NCBI GenBank assembly: GCA_948471115.1
Contig: CAOKRJ010000003.1
Span: forward strand, 1-59,616
Direction of reading: 5' to 3'
Length of the DNA stretch: 59,616 nt
From: an uncultured Clostridium sp.
GTDB taxonomy: Bacteria > Bacillota > Clostridia > TANB77 > CAG-508
Shown here: positions 1 through 10,800 of the stretch, piece after piece
How the letters are laid out: each line of letters begins with the position of its first letter
Numbering within the stretch: position 1 is the stretch's first letter
Translations under genes and position numbers: made by a program
The notes under the pieces: model-generated
Database searches by the model: none
Told to the model about the DNA's origin: nothing
Seen by the model: the letters and a program-made list of their open reading frames with translations, nothing else

Positions 1-162
1 TTGCAATATGTCCCTACATATAATTATATATAGTTATTCTATATTTTCAATATGCTTTTTTTCGACTTTCTTCTCTTCCTTTCTATGCCTTTGCGGAAAT
101 AACTTTTATCACTTTTGTCCTTTTATGTTAAATTTGCTTTTCTTTTTTGTTACATTTTGATT

Positions 163-200
163 AAAAAACACTAATTTCATTACGGAAATCAGTGTTTTTT
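163..200 (-). terminator. Rho-independent terminator after the 240..518 gene (usable in both orientations)
   Basis: Stem AACACTAATTTC / GGAAATCAGTGTT (167-196, one mismatch), flanked by an A-run on one side and a T-run on the other. Confidence 0.6.
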
Positions 201-239
201 GATATAATTTTTATATATTTGTAATGTCTTAATTTTTCT

Positions 240-518
240 TTAACTCAAGCCCCATTTTCTTTCTAAATTTTCTTGATAGATTATATCTGCTATAACTTCT
301 TGTCTATTTTCTTCCTGCTCTTCCTCTTTATTTTTTTCCCAATCGCTGAAAAACCATTCTGCCAAATGTTCTTTTATATCTTCTTGTATTCTTTTTGCTT
401 CGTAATCAAAAGATGTTAATTCCTCAAAGCTAATTTTCCCATGTTCTTCTATCCAGTCTATTTTTTCGTCTTCATATACCTTTTCTTTTGGATATCTAGT
501 ATTTGTATAAAATATCAT
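240..518 (-). CDS. hypothetical acidic protein
   Basis: ORF 240..542. AGGAGG lies 7 nt upstream of the internal ATG at 518, which favours the shorter start. No family recognised. Confidence 0.55.
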   Translation of the reverse strand: MIFYTNTRYPKEKVYEDEKIDWIEEHGKISFEELTSFDYEAKRIQEDIKEHLAEWFFSDWEKNKEEEQEENRQEVIADIIYQENLERKWGLS

Positions 519-726
519 TATTCTACCTCCTGTTTTTCTCATTATTCATAAAAATGCTTTTTACAATTTCTTTGCTTCTTCATAATTATATTCATATTAG
601 TTGCTGCCTTAGACTTATAAATTATTCTTAATATTGTCCATGATTTTCATATACTTCTTCTAATGACGAAAAAAGAACTTTTAGCATAATATTATTGATA
701 AAATTTCTGTTGAAAATGGCAAAATT

Positions 727-754
727 AAAGAGGTTATATTTCTATAACCTCTTT
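727..754 (-). terminator. Terminator hairpin after the ferredoxin gene
   Basis: Perfect 12-bp stem AAAGAGGTTATA / TATAACCTCTTT with loop TTTC, 45 nt downstream of the stop at 799. Confidence 0.6.
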
Positions 755-798
755 CTATGTAATAGTTTATACTGTAAATTCATGGAGCTAATATTTTA

Positions 799-984
799 CT
801 AGTTCTCTTCACAAGGTGCTTCTACTGGGCAAACTGATGCACATGTTCCACATGATATACATATGTCTGGATTTATCTCATATTTGCTATTTCCTTCTTT
901 TATACATTCTCCTTCACTATTCATTGGGCATTGTTGTGCACAAAGTCCGCATTTTATACATTTATCTGTTATTTTGTACGCCAT
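799..984 (-). CDS. fdx: 2x[4Fe-4S] ferredoxin
   Basis: 61 aa with two CxxCxxCxxxCP motifs (CIKCGLCAQQCP, CISCGTCASVCP). Confidence 0.9.
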   Translation of the reverse strand: MAYKITDKCIKCGLCAQQCPMNSEGECIKEGNSKYEINPDICISCGTCASVCPVEAPCEEN

Positions 985-1021
985 TTCTTACACACCCCCT
1001 TTCTATTATCCTACTTTTATT

Positions 1022-1930
1022 CTATTGCTCTTGGGAATTTTGTATTTCCATTTTATCTAATTTTTCTAGCTTTTTTAATTCTTCATCATCTTCTTCATTG
1101 TTTGCATTTTTTTCCACATCTTTTATTATCTTTATATCTTTTAGCTCATATTTTTTATGGAATTCGTTTCCTTCTTTATCCTTTGTTTTAACTTTTACTA
1201 TTTCTTTTAATATTTCAAGTCCTTCGACTACCGCTTGACCTTCTGGTGTTTTTACTATTGCCCCTATTCCTGGTAGTCTCGCATTTTTTTCTTCATAAAC
1301 TTCTACTTCATACTTTAAGCAACACATTAGTCTTCCACAGCATCCAGAAATTTTTGAAGGCGTTGGTGATAGATTTTGCTCTTTTGCCATTTTTATTGAT
1401 ACCATATCAAATTCTCCTAGATATGAACAGCAACAAAGTTCTCTTCCACAGATTCCATTTCCTCCTATTCTTCTTACTTCATCTCTTAACCCTATTTGCC
1501 TTAATTCTATTCTTGTTTTAAAGACTGCTGCTAAATCTTTAACTAGCTCTCTAAAGTCAATTCTCCCTTCTGCAGTGAAATAAAATAGTATTTTACTATT
1601 ATCAAATTGATATTGAACTTCTACTAGATTCATTGATAATTTATGCTTCTTTATGTTCTCTTGTGCAATTTTAAAAGCTTCTTCCTCCCTTTTTTTGTTT
1701 AATTCATTTTGCTCTTTATCTTTTGGTGTTGCTATTCTTACAATATCTTTTAATGGTTCAACAATTTTTTCTTCTGATATTTCCTTATTTCCTATAATCA
1801 CTTCTGCATATTCTTGTCCAAATGTTGTTTCAACTATAACAAATTCGCCTTTAGCTATTTTTCTATTTCCTGGATTAAAATAATATATTTTTCCAGGTCT
1901 TCTTAGTCTAACTCCTATTACTGTCTTCAT
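1022..1930 (-). CDS. yaaT: PSP1-domain protein YaaT/RicT (stage 0 sporulation)
   Basis: N-terminus VIGVRLRRPGKIYYFNP. Cys-rich CGRELCCCSYL and GCCGRLMCCLKYE motifs. Located downstream of holB, as in Bacillus. Confidence 0.9.
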   Translation of the reverse strand: MKTVIGVRLRRPGKIYYFNPGNRKIAKGEFVIVETTFGQEYAEVIIGNKEISEEKIVEPLKDIVRIATPKDKEQNELNKKREEEAFKIAQENIKKHKLSMNLVEVQYQFDNSKILFYFTAEGRIDFRELVKDLAAVFKTRIELRQIGLRDEVRRIGGNGICGRELCCCSYLGEFDMVSIKMAKEQNLSPTPSKISGCCGRLMCCLKYEVEVYEEKNARLPGIGAIVKTPEGQAVVEGLEILKEIVKVKTKDKEGNEFHKKYELKDIKIIKDVEKNANNEEDDEELKKLEKLDKMEIQNSQEQ

Positions 1931-1948
1931 TTATTTTTTCCTCTCTTT

Positions 1949-2743
1949 CTAGCTATTTTTACTAAAAATATTTAGTAATAAATTGTCTATACACATATTA
2001 TAATTAGCATTTGCTTGTATTCTTTGTTTTGTATTTTCTACGTCTTCAATGTATTTTATATTTAGTCTATTTTTTGATATGTTATTGTATAGAATTATAT
2101 TGATATATTCTAATAGTTCATTTATCTGCTTTTCTCCTTTATATAAAACGTCTATTTTATTTATTACATCTAATATTGAGTATTTATTGATATCTCCAAA
2201 TATTTTTTCTAGTTCCCTATAATTGTTTTTTTGCTCTTCTGTCATGTCTTGTTTTGATTCTTGTGTAAAACTTATTTTGGTACATCTCGATTTTATAGTG
2301 TTTAAAATATTGCTTTCGTTTTCTGTTAATAAAATTATTGTTATATTCTGTGGAGGTTCCTCTAATGTTTTTAATAAGCAGTTTTGTGCTCCAAGTGTCA
2401 TTTTGTCACTGTTTTTGATTATATATATTTTTTTTTCTGATATAATTGGTTTTTTTATTATATCTTCTTGCAGTTTTCTTATTTGCTCTATTTTTATTGT
2501 GCTTTCATCATTTTCAAGTTGTATTTGTTTATAGTCTGGATGATTTTGATTTTCAATTTCTATACATGATTTGCATTTTTCACATGGACTGTTTTCTTTG
2601 TTTAAACATAGTATTTCTTTGGCAAATTTTTTTGAGATTTCTTCCTTTTGTGTAAGTTTACTTCCTATAAACATGTAACTATGTAAAATTTTATTTCTCT
2701 GTATTGCTTGCTTTAATAATAGTTCTATTTCTTTATTATTCAT
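1949..2743 (-). CDS. holB: DNA polymerase III delta-prime subunit
   Basis: HSYMFIG N-terminal clamp-loader motif, Zn module CEKCKSC, and LKTLEEPP box. Confidence 0.85.
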   Translation of the reverse strand: MNNKEIELLLKQAIQRNKILHSYMFIGSKLTQKEEISKKFAKEILCLNKENSPCEKCKSCIEIENQNHPDYKQIQLENDESTIKIEQIRKLQEDIIKKPIISEKKIYIIKNSDKMTLGAQNCLLKTLEEPPQNITIILLTENESNILNTIKSRCTKISFTQESKQDMTEEQKNNYRELEKIFGDINKYSILDVINKIDVLYKGEKQINELLEYINIILYNNISKNRLNIKYIEDVENTKQRIQANANYNMCIDNLLLNIFSKNS

Positions 2744-2906
2744 ATATGCTTTTACCTCTTCTTTGCATCTTTTACTATTATTGGTGGCTAGTTATTTTCT
2801 CTTTGTAATTTTTCGCACCTTATCAAATTCTTTTTTTCTTTTTATTGTTATTTTTCCAAAATAAAGTCATTAATAAATAGTAATATTTTTTTCTTTATTA
2901 ATAATT

Positions 2907-3551
2907 TTACCAGTCTGTTCCAAATCTATTGAATGGCCAAAATCTTAGACATACTTTGCTTTCTATTTTTGATTTTGGTATACATCCAAATTGCCTTGAG
3001 TCCATACTTCCTGTTCTATTGTCTCCCATTACAAATATATATCCTTCTGGCACAGTAATGTCTGTAAATATTTCACTTGTTGTTTTTACTCCGTCTTGAA
3101 GATAGGTTTCATCTAATAGTGCTCCGTCTATATAAACATTTCCATTTTCTATCTGTATATGCTCACCTGGTAACCCTATTACTCTTTTTATATAACTTTT
3201 TTTCCCTATGTCTAATACGTAGTATGTAAATTTCTTGAATATATTTTTTGGCTTATATTCATATTTTGCAACTGGATCATTTTGATTTGCTTGGGCTAAG
3301 CTTTTATATTCTGAACTTGGTGCTTCAAAAGTTATGACTTCTCCTCTTTTAAAGTCTTTTTTAAATGTTACTGGTAATCTATTTAAAATTAGTCTGTCTC
3401 CTTGTTCAAATGTTGGTTTCATTGATTCCATTTGAACTACTGTTGGAGTTCCTACATAATATCTCACAATTAATGCTAATACTATAGCTATTATGATGCA
3501 ATATACCCATTCTAATATCTCTTTTATTAATTCTTTATTTTCTGTTTCCAC
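2907..3551 (-). CDS. lepB: signal peptidase I
   Basis: N-terminal TM segment, SMKPT catalytic Ser box, and GDNRTGSMDSR box. Confidence 0.9.
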   Translation of the reverse strand: METENKELIKEILEWVYCIIIAIVLALIVRYYVGTPTVVQMESMKPTFEQGDRLILNRLPVTFKKDFKRGEVITFEAPSSEYKSLAQANQNDPVAKYEYKPKNIFKKFTYYVLDIGKKSYIKRVIGLPGEHIQIENGNVYIDGALLDETYLQDGVKTTSEIFTDITVPEGYIFVMGDNRTGSMDSRQFGCIPKSKIESKVCLRFWPFNRFGTDW

Positions 3552-3770
3552 TTTTCTTTTTCCTTTCGTTTATTGATTTGTTGCTTTACACTCTTTTTAT
3601 TATACAATAATTTAGTTTTTTTCTCAATATATTTTTTTAATTTGTTTAAAGTAGTACTAAAAACGTTACAGTTCAGGTGATAATAATTCACTTAAATTTG
3701 TGTTTGTGGGGAGGATGAATTTTTAGGTGAATTTAAAATTGTAGAGATTTGTTTTATGAGTGACAGATTT

Positions 3771-4484
3771 TTATTTATATTCCTTTTCTAGTTTTTCATT
3801 TAAATATATTCTTGATATTATTTTATATTCTTGTATACATTCTTCTGTTATTCCAAAACTAAATATTTTTTTTGGTGGTGCCATTATTGTGTATTTTATT
3901 CCATCTCTTGTTCCTTTACTCATTGTGATAGCTCCTGTGTCTTGTTTACTACATTCATTACATTTGAATCCATTGTCTTTTATGCTAAAGTGTGTTATAT
4001 TTTCTTTTGCTCCACATATTACACATTTTTCTATTTGTGGCGTGTATCCTAATATTGACATTAGTCTCATTTTAAAGATACTTGTTACTAATTCTTTGTT
4101 CATTTCTGTTTCTGATATCATATATAGTGTGTTTAATAATAGTTGCAGTGTCTTGTAATTGCTTTCGTTTTCTGTTGCTATATCGTTTACTATTTTTGTT
4201 ATGTTTGCTGCATTTTCTAGTTTGTCTAAATCTGTTCTTAAGTTGTAAAATATTTCTATTATATCACATGAGTTTATATTATATGTATTATTTCCTTCGA
4301 ATAGTATATAGTCGCCAAAACATAAGTATTGGGTGCCAGCAAGTAGTGCACTTTTTGGCCTTCTTGCACCTTTTGCTGCACACCCTATCTTTCCAAGCCC
4401 TGGTGTTAATAGTGTTATCATTTTGTCAGAGTCTCCCATGTTACTTTCCACTAATACTATTCCTTTAGTTTTTATTATTCCCAT
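3771..4484 (-). CDS. recO: DNA repair protein RecO
   Basis: RecO-like N-terminal OB fold (KTKGIVLVESNMGDSDKMITLLT), a CxxC...CxxC zinc module, and era-yqzL-recO synteny. Confidence 0.85.
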   Translation of the reverse strand: MGIIKTKGIVLVESNMGDSDKMITLLTPGLGKIGCAAKGARRPKSALLAGTQYLCFGDYILFEGNNTYNINSCDIIEIFYNLRTDLDKLENAANITKIVNDIATENESNYKTLQLLLNTLYMISETEMNKELVTSIFKMRLMSILGYTPQIEKCVICGAKENITHFSIKDNGFKCNECSKQDTGAITMSKGTRDGIKYTIMAPPKKIFSFGITEECIQEYKIISRIYLNEKLEKEYK

Positions 4485-4590
4485 TTATTTCACCTAAATT
4501 TTGTTCTATATCTTTTATTCTTAAAAATTCCAAATATACGTCTATGTTTCCTGTCTTTTTAAAGGTATTCCATGCTATTTCTTTTAACAT
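4465..4590 (-). CDS. yqzL: YqzL-family small protein (41 aa)
   Basis: Not in the ORF track. ATG at 4590 is preceded by GGGAGAG. Translation is MLKEIAWNTFKKTGNIDVYLEFLRIKDIEQNLGEINGNNKN. The W..F..TGNID.YL motif and the position between era and recO match YqzL. The 3' end overlaps the recO start. Confidence 0.65.
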   Translation of the reverse strand: MLKEIAWNTFKKTGNIDVYLEFLRIKDIEQNLGEINGNNKN

Positions 4591-4650
4591 TGTTATCACT
4601 CTCCCTTTGTTTTATCTTTTGTTATTTTTCCGATTTTTATTCCTTTTATT

Positions 4651-5571
4651 TTATTTTTTATCTTTTGTTTTGAATTTTTTTATTATGGTGTCTGTGTCTT
4701 GCCAGTCTTCTTTCACTTTTACCCATGTTTTTAAGTTTACTTTCATTCCAAACATATTTTCAAGGTCTTGCCTTGCATATGTCCCAATCTTTTTTAACAT
4801 TTGTCCACCTTTTCCTATTATTATTCCCTTATGTGAGTTCCTTAAGCAATAAATTGTGGCTTCTATGTTATAAAATTGCTTATTGTCAATTATAGATTTT
4901 GACATTTTCATTTTTTCGACTTCTACATATATTCCATGTGGTATTTCTTCATCTAATAGTTTTAATGCCTTTTCTCTTATGATTTCTTCTGCTAGTTGTC
5001 TCATTGTTTGGTCTGTGTATTCCTCAGTGTTGTAATATGCTGATCCGCTTTCTAGATTTTTTTCTATTTCTTCTAATACTTTGTCTGTATTATCTTTTTT
5101 AAGTGCTGATATTGGTAAAATTTCTATAAATTTATATTCTTCTGAGTATAGTTTCATTAATGATAATAATTCTTGCTTTTTTACTAGATCTATTTTGTTT
5201 ATGATTAATATTGTCTTTTTATTTGATTGCTTTATTTTTTCTAGTATTTTCCTGTCGCCTGCACCTATTTCTTTGCTTGTTGCTTCTATTATGAATAGCA
5301 TGATATCAACTTCTTTTACCATCTCGAATGCTGTATCATTCATTATTTCCCCTAATTTTGTTTTAGGTTTATGTACCCCTGGGGTGTCTATTATTATTAT
5401 CTGAGAGTTTGGTCTGTTTATTATTGCTTTTATTGCTGTTCTTGTTGTTTGTGGTTTTTTTGTCATTATTGCTATTTTTTCTCCTACTAATGAGTTGATT
5501 AGTGTTGATTTACCTACATTTGTTCTTCCTATTATTGATACAAACCCTGATTTAAACTCTTTCTGTTCCAT
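4651..5571 (-). CDS. era: GTPase Era
   Basis: G1 motif GRTNVGKST and a KH domain at the C-terminus. AAGGAGAA precedes the ATG at 5571; the ORF-track start at 5646 lacks an RBS. Confidence 0.9.
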   Translation of the reverse strand: MEQKEFKSGFVSIIGRTNVGKSTLINSLVGEKIAIMTKKPQTTRTAIKAIINRPNSQIIIIDTPGVHKPKTKLGEIMNDTAFEMVKEVDIMLFIIEATSKEIGAGDRKILEKIKQSNKKTILIINKIDLVKKQELLSLMKLYSEEYKFIEILPISALKKDNTDKVLEEIEKNLESGSAYYNTEEYTDQTMRQLAEEIIREKALKLLDEEIPHGIYVEVEKMKMSKSIIDNKQFYNIEATIYCLRNSHKGIIIGKGGQMLKKIGTYARQDLENMFGMKVNLKTWVKVKEDWQDTDTIIKKFKTKDKK

Positions 5572-5639
5572 ATGTTCTCCTTTTTTTGTGAAGCGTATAT
5601 TTTTGTTCACGTCTATATTATTATTTGATATCGTTTTAA

Positions 5640-5660
5640 GGGGCACAGTGATCGTACCCC
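5640..5660 (-). terminator. GGGGCAC-type 3' hairpin (copy 1, after pyrC)
   Basis: On the minus strand, GGGGUAC-N7-GUGCCCC forms 7 bp including one G-U. On the plus strand the same position is an A-C mismatch. No U-tract follows. Confidence 0.4.
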
Positions 5661-5695
5661 TTATAAAAATCGCAAGCTTTATATCCTGTTATTTT

Positions 5696-6973
5696 TTATT
5701 TATTTTCATATACTATATTTCCTGCTACTATTGTGTATTCAATTTCTCCTTTTAATTTTTTTCCTATCCATGGTGTGTTTTTTGATTTTGATACTATCAT
5801 TTCTTTTGTGTAAATATATTCTTTTTCAGGATTAAATATTGTTATGTCTGCTATATATCCTTCTTTTATTTGACCTTTGTTTTTTATTCCTAAAAGTTCT
5901 GCTGGTCTATATGACATTAGTCTAACCATGTCTAAATAGTCTATATAACCTGGTTCAATTACGTTTGTAATTGTTGCTGCTAGTGCTGTTTCAAATCCTA
6001 TTATCCCATTTGGTGCACTTTTTAGTCCTTTTTCCTTTTCTTCTTCTGCATGTGGCGCATGATCTGTTATTATTGCATCTATTGTTCCATCTTTTAATCC
6101 TTTTATTATTGCTTGTTTGTCTTTTTCTTGTCTTAATGGTGGATTCATTTTGGCGTTTACTCCTGATGTTAATACTTCCTCTTCTGTAAAACTATAATAA
6201 TGTGGGCATGTCTCACATGTTACGTTTACTCCTCTTTTTTTTGCATCTCGTATCATGTTTACAGAGGTTTCTGTGCTTATATGACATATGTGGGCATGTA
6301 TTTTGTTGGTCTCTGCTATTACTATATCTCTTGCTGCCATTATTTCCTCGGCTTCTGGTAATACTCCTTCTACTCCCAATTTCTCTGCTGTTTTTCCTGC
6401 ATTTATTGCTCCTGCTGATACTGTTTTTTCTTCACAGTGTTCTGATGTGAAGCTTCCTAGTTTGTTTATTTCTAACATTGCTTGTCTTATTGTTTTTGCG
6501 TTTGATACTGGGCATCCATCATCTGAGAATGCTATACATCCCGCTTCTAACATTTCTTTAAAATTTACTAGTTCTTCCCCTTTTTCTCCTTTTGTTATAC
6601 TTGAGAATGGTAATACATTACAAAGGTTTGCTTTTTTTGCTTTGTCTAGTATATATTTTACTGTTTCTGCATTGTCTGGTGTTGGTTTTGTGTTTGGCAT
6701 TGGACATATTGTTGTGAATCCTCCTTTTACTGCACTTTTAGCTCCTGTTTCTATAGTTTCTTTGTGTTCAAATCCTGGCTCTCTTAAGTGGCAGTGCATA
6801 TCTATCATTCCTGGCATAATATATAGCCCTGTACAGTCTATAATTTTATCTGCTTTTTCTTCTATTCCTTTTCCTATTTTTATAATTCTTTCGTCTTCAA
6901 TTATTATGTCTTTTTTTTCTTTTGTCTTACTTGCATAGTCTAGTACTGTTCCATTTTTTAATAATAATACCAT
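5696..6973 (-). CDS. pyrC: dihydroorotase
   Basis: MPGMIDMHCHLREPG metal-binding motif and the ITDHAPH motif. 425 aa. No other pyr genes are adjacent. Confidence 0.85.
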   Translation of the reverse strand: MVLLLKNGTVLDYASKTKEKKDIIIEDERIIKIGKGIEEKADKIIDCTGLYIMPGMIDMHCHLREPGFEHKETIETGAKSAVKGGFTTICPMPNTKPTPDNAETVKYILDKAKKANLCNVLPFSSITKGEKGEELVNFKEMLEAGCIAFSDDGCPVSNAKTIRQAMLEINKLGSFTSEHCEEKTVSAGAINAGKTAEKLGVEGVLPEAEEIMAARDIVIAETNKIHAHICHISTETSVNMIRDAKKRGVNVTCETCPHYYSFTEEEVLTSGVNAKMNPPLRQEKDKQAIIKGLKDGTIDAIITDHAPHAEEEKEKGLKSAPNGIIGFETALAATITNVIEPGYIDYLDMVRLMSYRPAELLGIKNKGQIKEGYIADITIFNPEKEYIYTKEMIVSKSKNTPWIGKKLKGEIEYTIVAGNIVYENK

Positions 6974-7015
6974 ATATTATACCTCCATTTTATTATATTT
7001 TTAATTTTTCGTTTT

Positions 7016-7402
7016 TTATTCTACTATTACACTATTTATTCTTGTTACTTCTCCACCTATAATTCTGATTTCTATTGTATTTTTAGGTGATACTATATAA
7101 TAATATTCTTCTCCACTTCTTTGTATTAATGTCACTTGCAAATCACCTTCGTTTATATTTTCTCCTATTCTTTTGAATTGCTTTACTGTTAGTTTTCTTG
7201 CTTCTTTTTCTGTTATTTTTTCATCTTCTTTGATTTTTGATGTTACTACTTTTACTCCATCTACTGTTTTCTGCTTTCTTTTTCCCTCTTGTGGTTTTAT
7301 TATAATAATTAACGATACAATTATTATAATTATTAATCCTACAATTACTAGGTTATATATAGAGAAATATTTTTTTATAAACTCTTGGATTTTTTTATTC
7401 AT
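7016..7402 (-). CDS. hypothetical membrane-anchored protein
   Basis: 128 aa with a single N-terminal TM (LVIVGLIIIIIVSLIIII) followed by a soluble domain. No family recognised. Confidence 0.6.
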   Translation of the reverse strand: MNKKIQEFIKKYFSIYNLVIVGLIIIIIVSLIIIIKPQEGKRKQKTVDGVKVVTSKIKEDEKITEKEARKLTVKQFKRIGENINEGDLQVTLIQRSGEEYYYIVSPKNTIEIRIIGGEVTRINSVIVE

Positions 7403-7683
7403 TAATTTTTCCTCTTTTCTTATGTTTGTTTTTTATTTATATTATCATCTATTTTCATAATTGTAAATAGCTTTTTTACAAAATTACATGACAAATAACC
7501 CTAAAAAGGGCCTTTTTTTTAAGTAGTATTATGTTTTTTGAAGTGTGGATGAATCACCATTTTCTTTTTTTAGATAATTTTTTGGAATTGTGTAAATAAA
7601 ATGTCCTTTGCATTTTTATCTATTTTTTTAATGTCAATTTTATAATATATTAATTCATATTGTCTACTATTTTATGGTATCTA

Positions 7684-7748
7684 CAAAATCTCTTTTTCCC
7701 TTATTCCGTGTGCATAGAATTCGGTTTTAAGAGATTTTGCATGCACAC
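7684..7748 (-). other. Interleaved inverted repeats (pseudoknot or alternative-hairpin element)
   Basis: An 11-bp pair CAAAATCTCTT (7684-7694) / AAGAGATTTTG (7729-7739) is interleaved with an 8-bp pair GTGTGCAT (7708-7715) / ATGCACAC (7741-7748). Confidence 0.4.
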
Positions 7749-7817
7749 TGATACCATTTTTTTGTTGCTTAATATTTTTTGCATTTTATATTAATTCTTG
7801 TTTATCTTCTGTTCTTT

Positions 7818-10800
7818 TTATTTTAATATAATTTCGTATTCTTCATAATTGTATTTTATTGTGTGTTTAATCGTCTTTCCTCTATGGTTTATTTCTATTT
7901 CTTTTCCATCTAGTTTCTCACTTATCGTATCATTTAATAGTATCTTGACTTGATTTGGATATGTTACTTTATCTAAGAATTTATCTATGTCTATTCTTGG
8001 ATTTTTCTTAGTTATTTTGTCCTTTCCGCCTAATACAAATTCTCCATCTTCATATACATATATTTTTACATTACGTCTAAATATTATTAGTATTAATAGG
8101 AATAGTAGTCCTATGGCTCCTATACATCCTGCTAAAATCTTTCCATTATTATTGTTTTGTTCGTCTTTTACACCTAATACTTGTGTAGGTTTTTCTATTA
8201 TTGGTTCTTCTACTTTTGGATTTTCAATAATTGGTTGCTCAATTGGGGTTATTGGCTCTTGAATTATTGGTTCTTCTATTATTGGTTCTTCTATCATTGG
8301 TGGTTCTTCTATTGGTGGTTCTACAGGTGTTGGTGCTGGTTTTATAATTGGTTTTGTGCTTGGTTTACTTGGCTTAGTACTTGGGGTTGTACTTGTTTTC
8401 TTTGCTACTTTTACTACAAATTCTGTTGTGAACCCTCCATAGCTTACTGTTATTACTTGTTGTCCTGCTTTTTTACTGTCATATCCTGTTACCATGTCTT
8501 TTGTTATTGGTATTATTTGAGTTCCACTTGATTTAATTACTGTTATTGTTCCTCCTGTTAAACTTAAGTTTTCTCCGTTTTTATAGTCTGTTTTGTTTGG
8601 TAATGTGTTTATTGCTATCCCTTTTATTTTGTCAATAACTTTTACTTGGAATGTTCCTTGTAATCCTTTATATTCTACATTGATAGTTTGTGTTCCTTCT
8701 TTTGTCTTATTATATCCTGATATCATAGAGGCTGTCATTTCTACATTTTCCTCTACTGCACCACTTGCCATTATTATTGATACTTTTCCTCCTGTTAAGT
8801 TTAGGTCTTCTCCATATTCATATTCTTTCTTGTCTGGTGCTTTTACTACTAGTTTTGTTATATAGTCTTCTACTGTTACTATGAATTCTTTTGTAATTCC
8901 TTCGTATGTTACTTTTAATGTTTGTTGTCCAAGTTTGTTAGGGTTGTATCCTGTTATCATTTCAGGTGTCATTTTTATAGTTTGCTTTTCTCCACTTGCT
9001 GTTATTGTTTGTATTGTTCCACCTGTTATGTCTAATTTTTCACCATATTTATAGGTTAATTTGTCTGGCAATGTAACTATTTGTACATCACTTAATGGGT
9101 CTACTACTGTAATGTTAAATGTTGCTTTCTTTCCTTTGTATGTTACTGTTATTGTCTTTGCTCCTTCTGAGCTTGTATTAAATCCTGATATCATATCAAG
9201 TGTCATATCTACTGGGGTTTTAGTATTTCCACTTGCTGTTATCTCTGTTACTTTTCCACCTGTTAAGTCTATTTTTTCTCCTATATTGTATACTAATTTT
9301 TTAGGTGGTGTAATTTTTATTCCTGCTATATCATCTGTTACCTCTATGTTATAAAAGTCTTTTTGTCCTCCATATGTTACTGTTAATTTTTGTTGTCCTG
9401 CTTGGTTAGGATTAAATCCTGTTACCATATCTTTTGTCATTGGTATTATTTCTTTGTCTCCGTTTTCTCTTGTTACTTCTATTTTTCCTCCTGTTATGTC
9501 TAGTTGTTCTCCATATTCATAGTTTTGTTTTGGGTATTCTACTATTTTTATTGATATTGCATTTTCTTCAACTACTACTGGGAATGTTTTTGTTTCGCCT
9601 TCGTATTTTACTGTTATAGTTTGTGAACCTATCTTTTTAGGGTCAAATCCTGTTACTTTTACTGAGTTATCTGTAAGTGGTACTTTTGGTGTTTGAGCTC
9701 CACTTGCCATTACTTTTTGTACAAATCCTGTGCTTAAGTCTAATTCTTCTCCATATTTATATGTTGTTTTGTCTGGAGGTGTTAATTTTATTCCTGTTAC
9801 TTCATCTTCTACTGTTACTGTAAATGTTACTGTTGCTGGTGTTCCGTCTACATGTTTACCATATGTTACTGTAATTGTTTGAGTATCAGGTAAGTCGCTT
9901 GCATTTGGGGTACTATTGAAACCACTTATCATATTCTCTGTTACAGCTATACGGTCTGTTACTCCATTGCCTTTTACTATATCTAAGTATGCTCCTGTTA
10001 AGTTTATGCTTTCTCCATATTTATATGTTGTTTTGTCTGGTCCTGGATTTAATGTTATTGATTGTACTGTTTCTATTACATTATATTGATATGTATCGTC
10101 TTTTATTATTTTCTTTCCATGTGCATCTTCTTCTTCATATGTTACTGTTGCTTCTAAATTTTGCCCTACTACTGATGTATCTAATCCTGTTATCATATCA
10201 TCTGTTATATTTATTATTTCTGTAGAGTTTGTTTTGTCTGCTTTTCTATAAATTTTGATTGTTCCTCCTGCATTTTCTATTGAATCACCTTTTTCATAGC
10301 TTGTTTTTGGGGATGTAGCTATTTCTATGCGATCTAATATATTTTTTACTGTTATATCAAAATCTATATGTCCCTCATATCCATTTGATGTATATTGTAC
10401 TCTTATTTTTCTTGTTTGTGTATTGTTTGTAGTAAATACATTTGCTGGTAGGTTTGTTGTTGCAATTGGTGCCCCTGTTTCTCCATCTGTGATGTCTGTT
10501 ATTGTTGCATTTTCTATTGAAACTGGAGTTCCTTTTGAATCTTGTGCATCACTTGCATGTTGTTCATAAATACTTATTCCTGTAAAGTCTAATACTTCTC
10601 CATGGTTATATGTTGTGTTCTCTGCTGTTCCTGTTACTGTTACTCCTGTTATTTTATCTGATAATGTTATGTTTAATGTAGCTTGTGCACTGTTTGCTCC
10701 TGCATATATTTCTGGGTTTGTGTCTGTGTATGTTACTGTTAAGTTTTGTTTTGTTGTACTTGTTGCATTATATCCAGCTACCATTGCATCACTTAAGTCT

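Noticed and set aside
5572-5646. Longer N-terminal extensions offered by the ORF track for era. The same applies to mreD to 20358, spmA to 50333, mutS2 to 42156, the DUF4321 protein to 23592, tadA to 34299, and the first ORF to 542.
   Set aside because: In each case an internal ATG is preceded by a good Shine-Dalgarno sequence at 5-9 nt and matches the family N-terminus. The extension lacks an RBS or runs through a hairpin or the adjacent tRNA.
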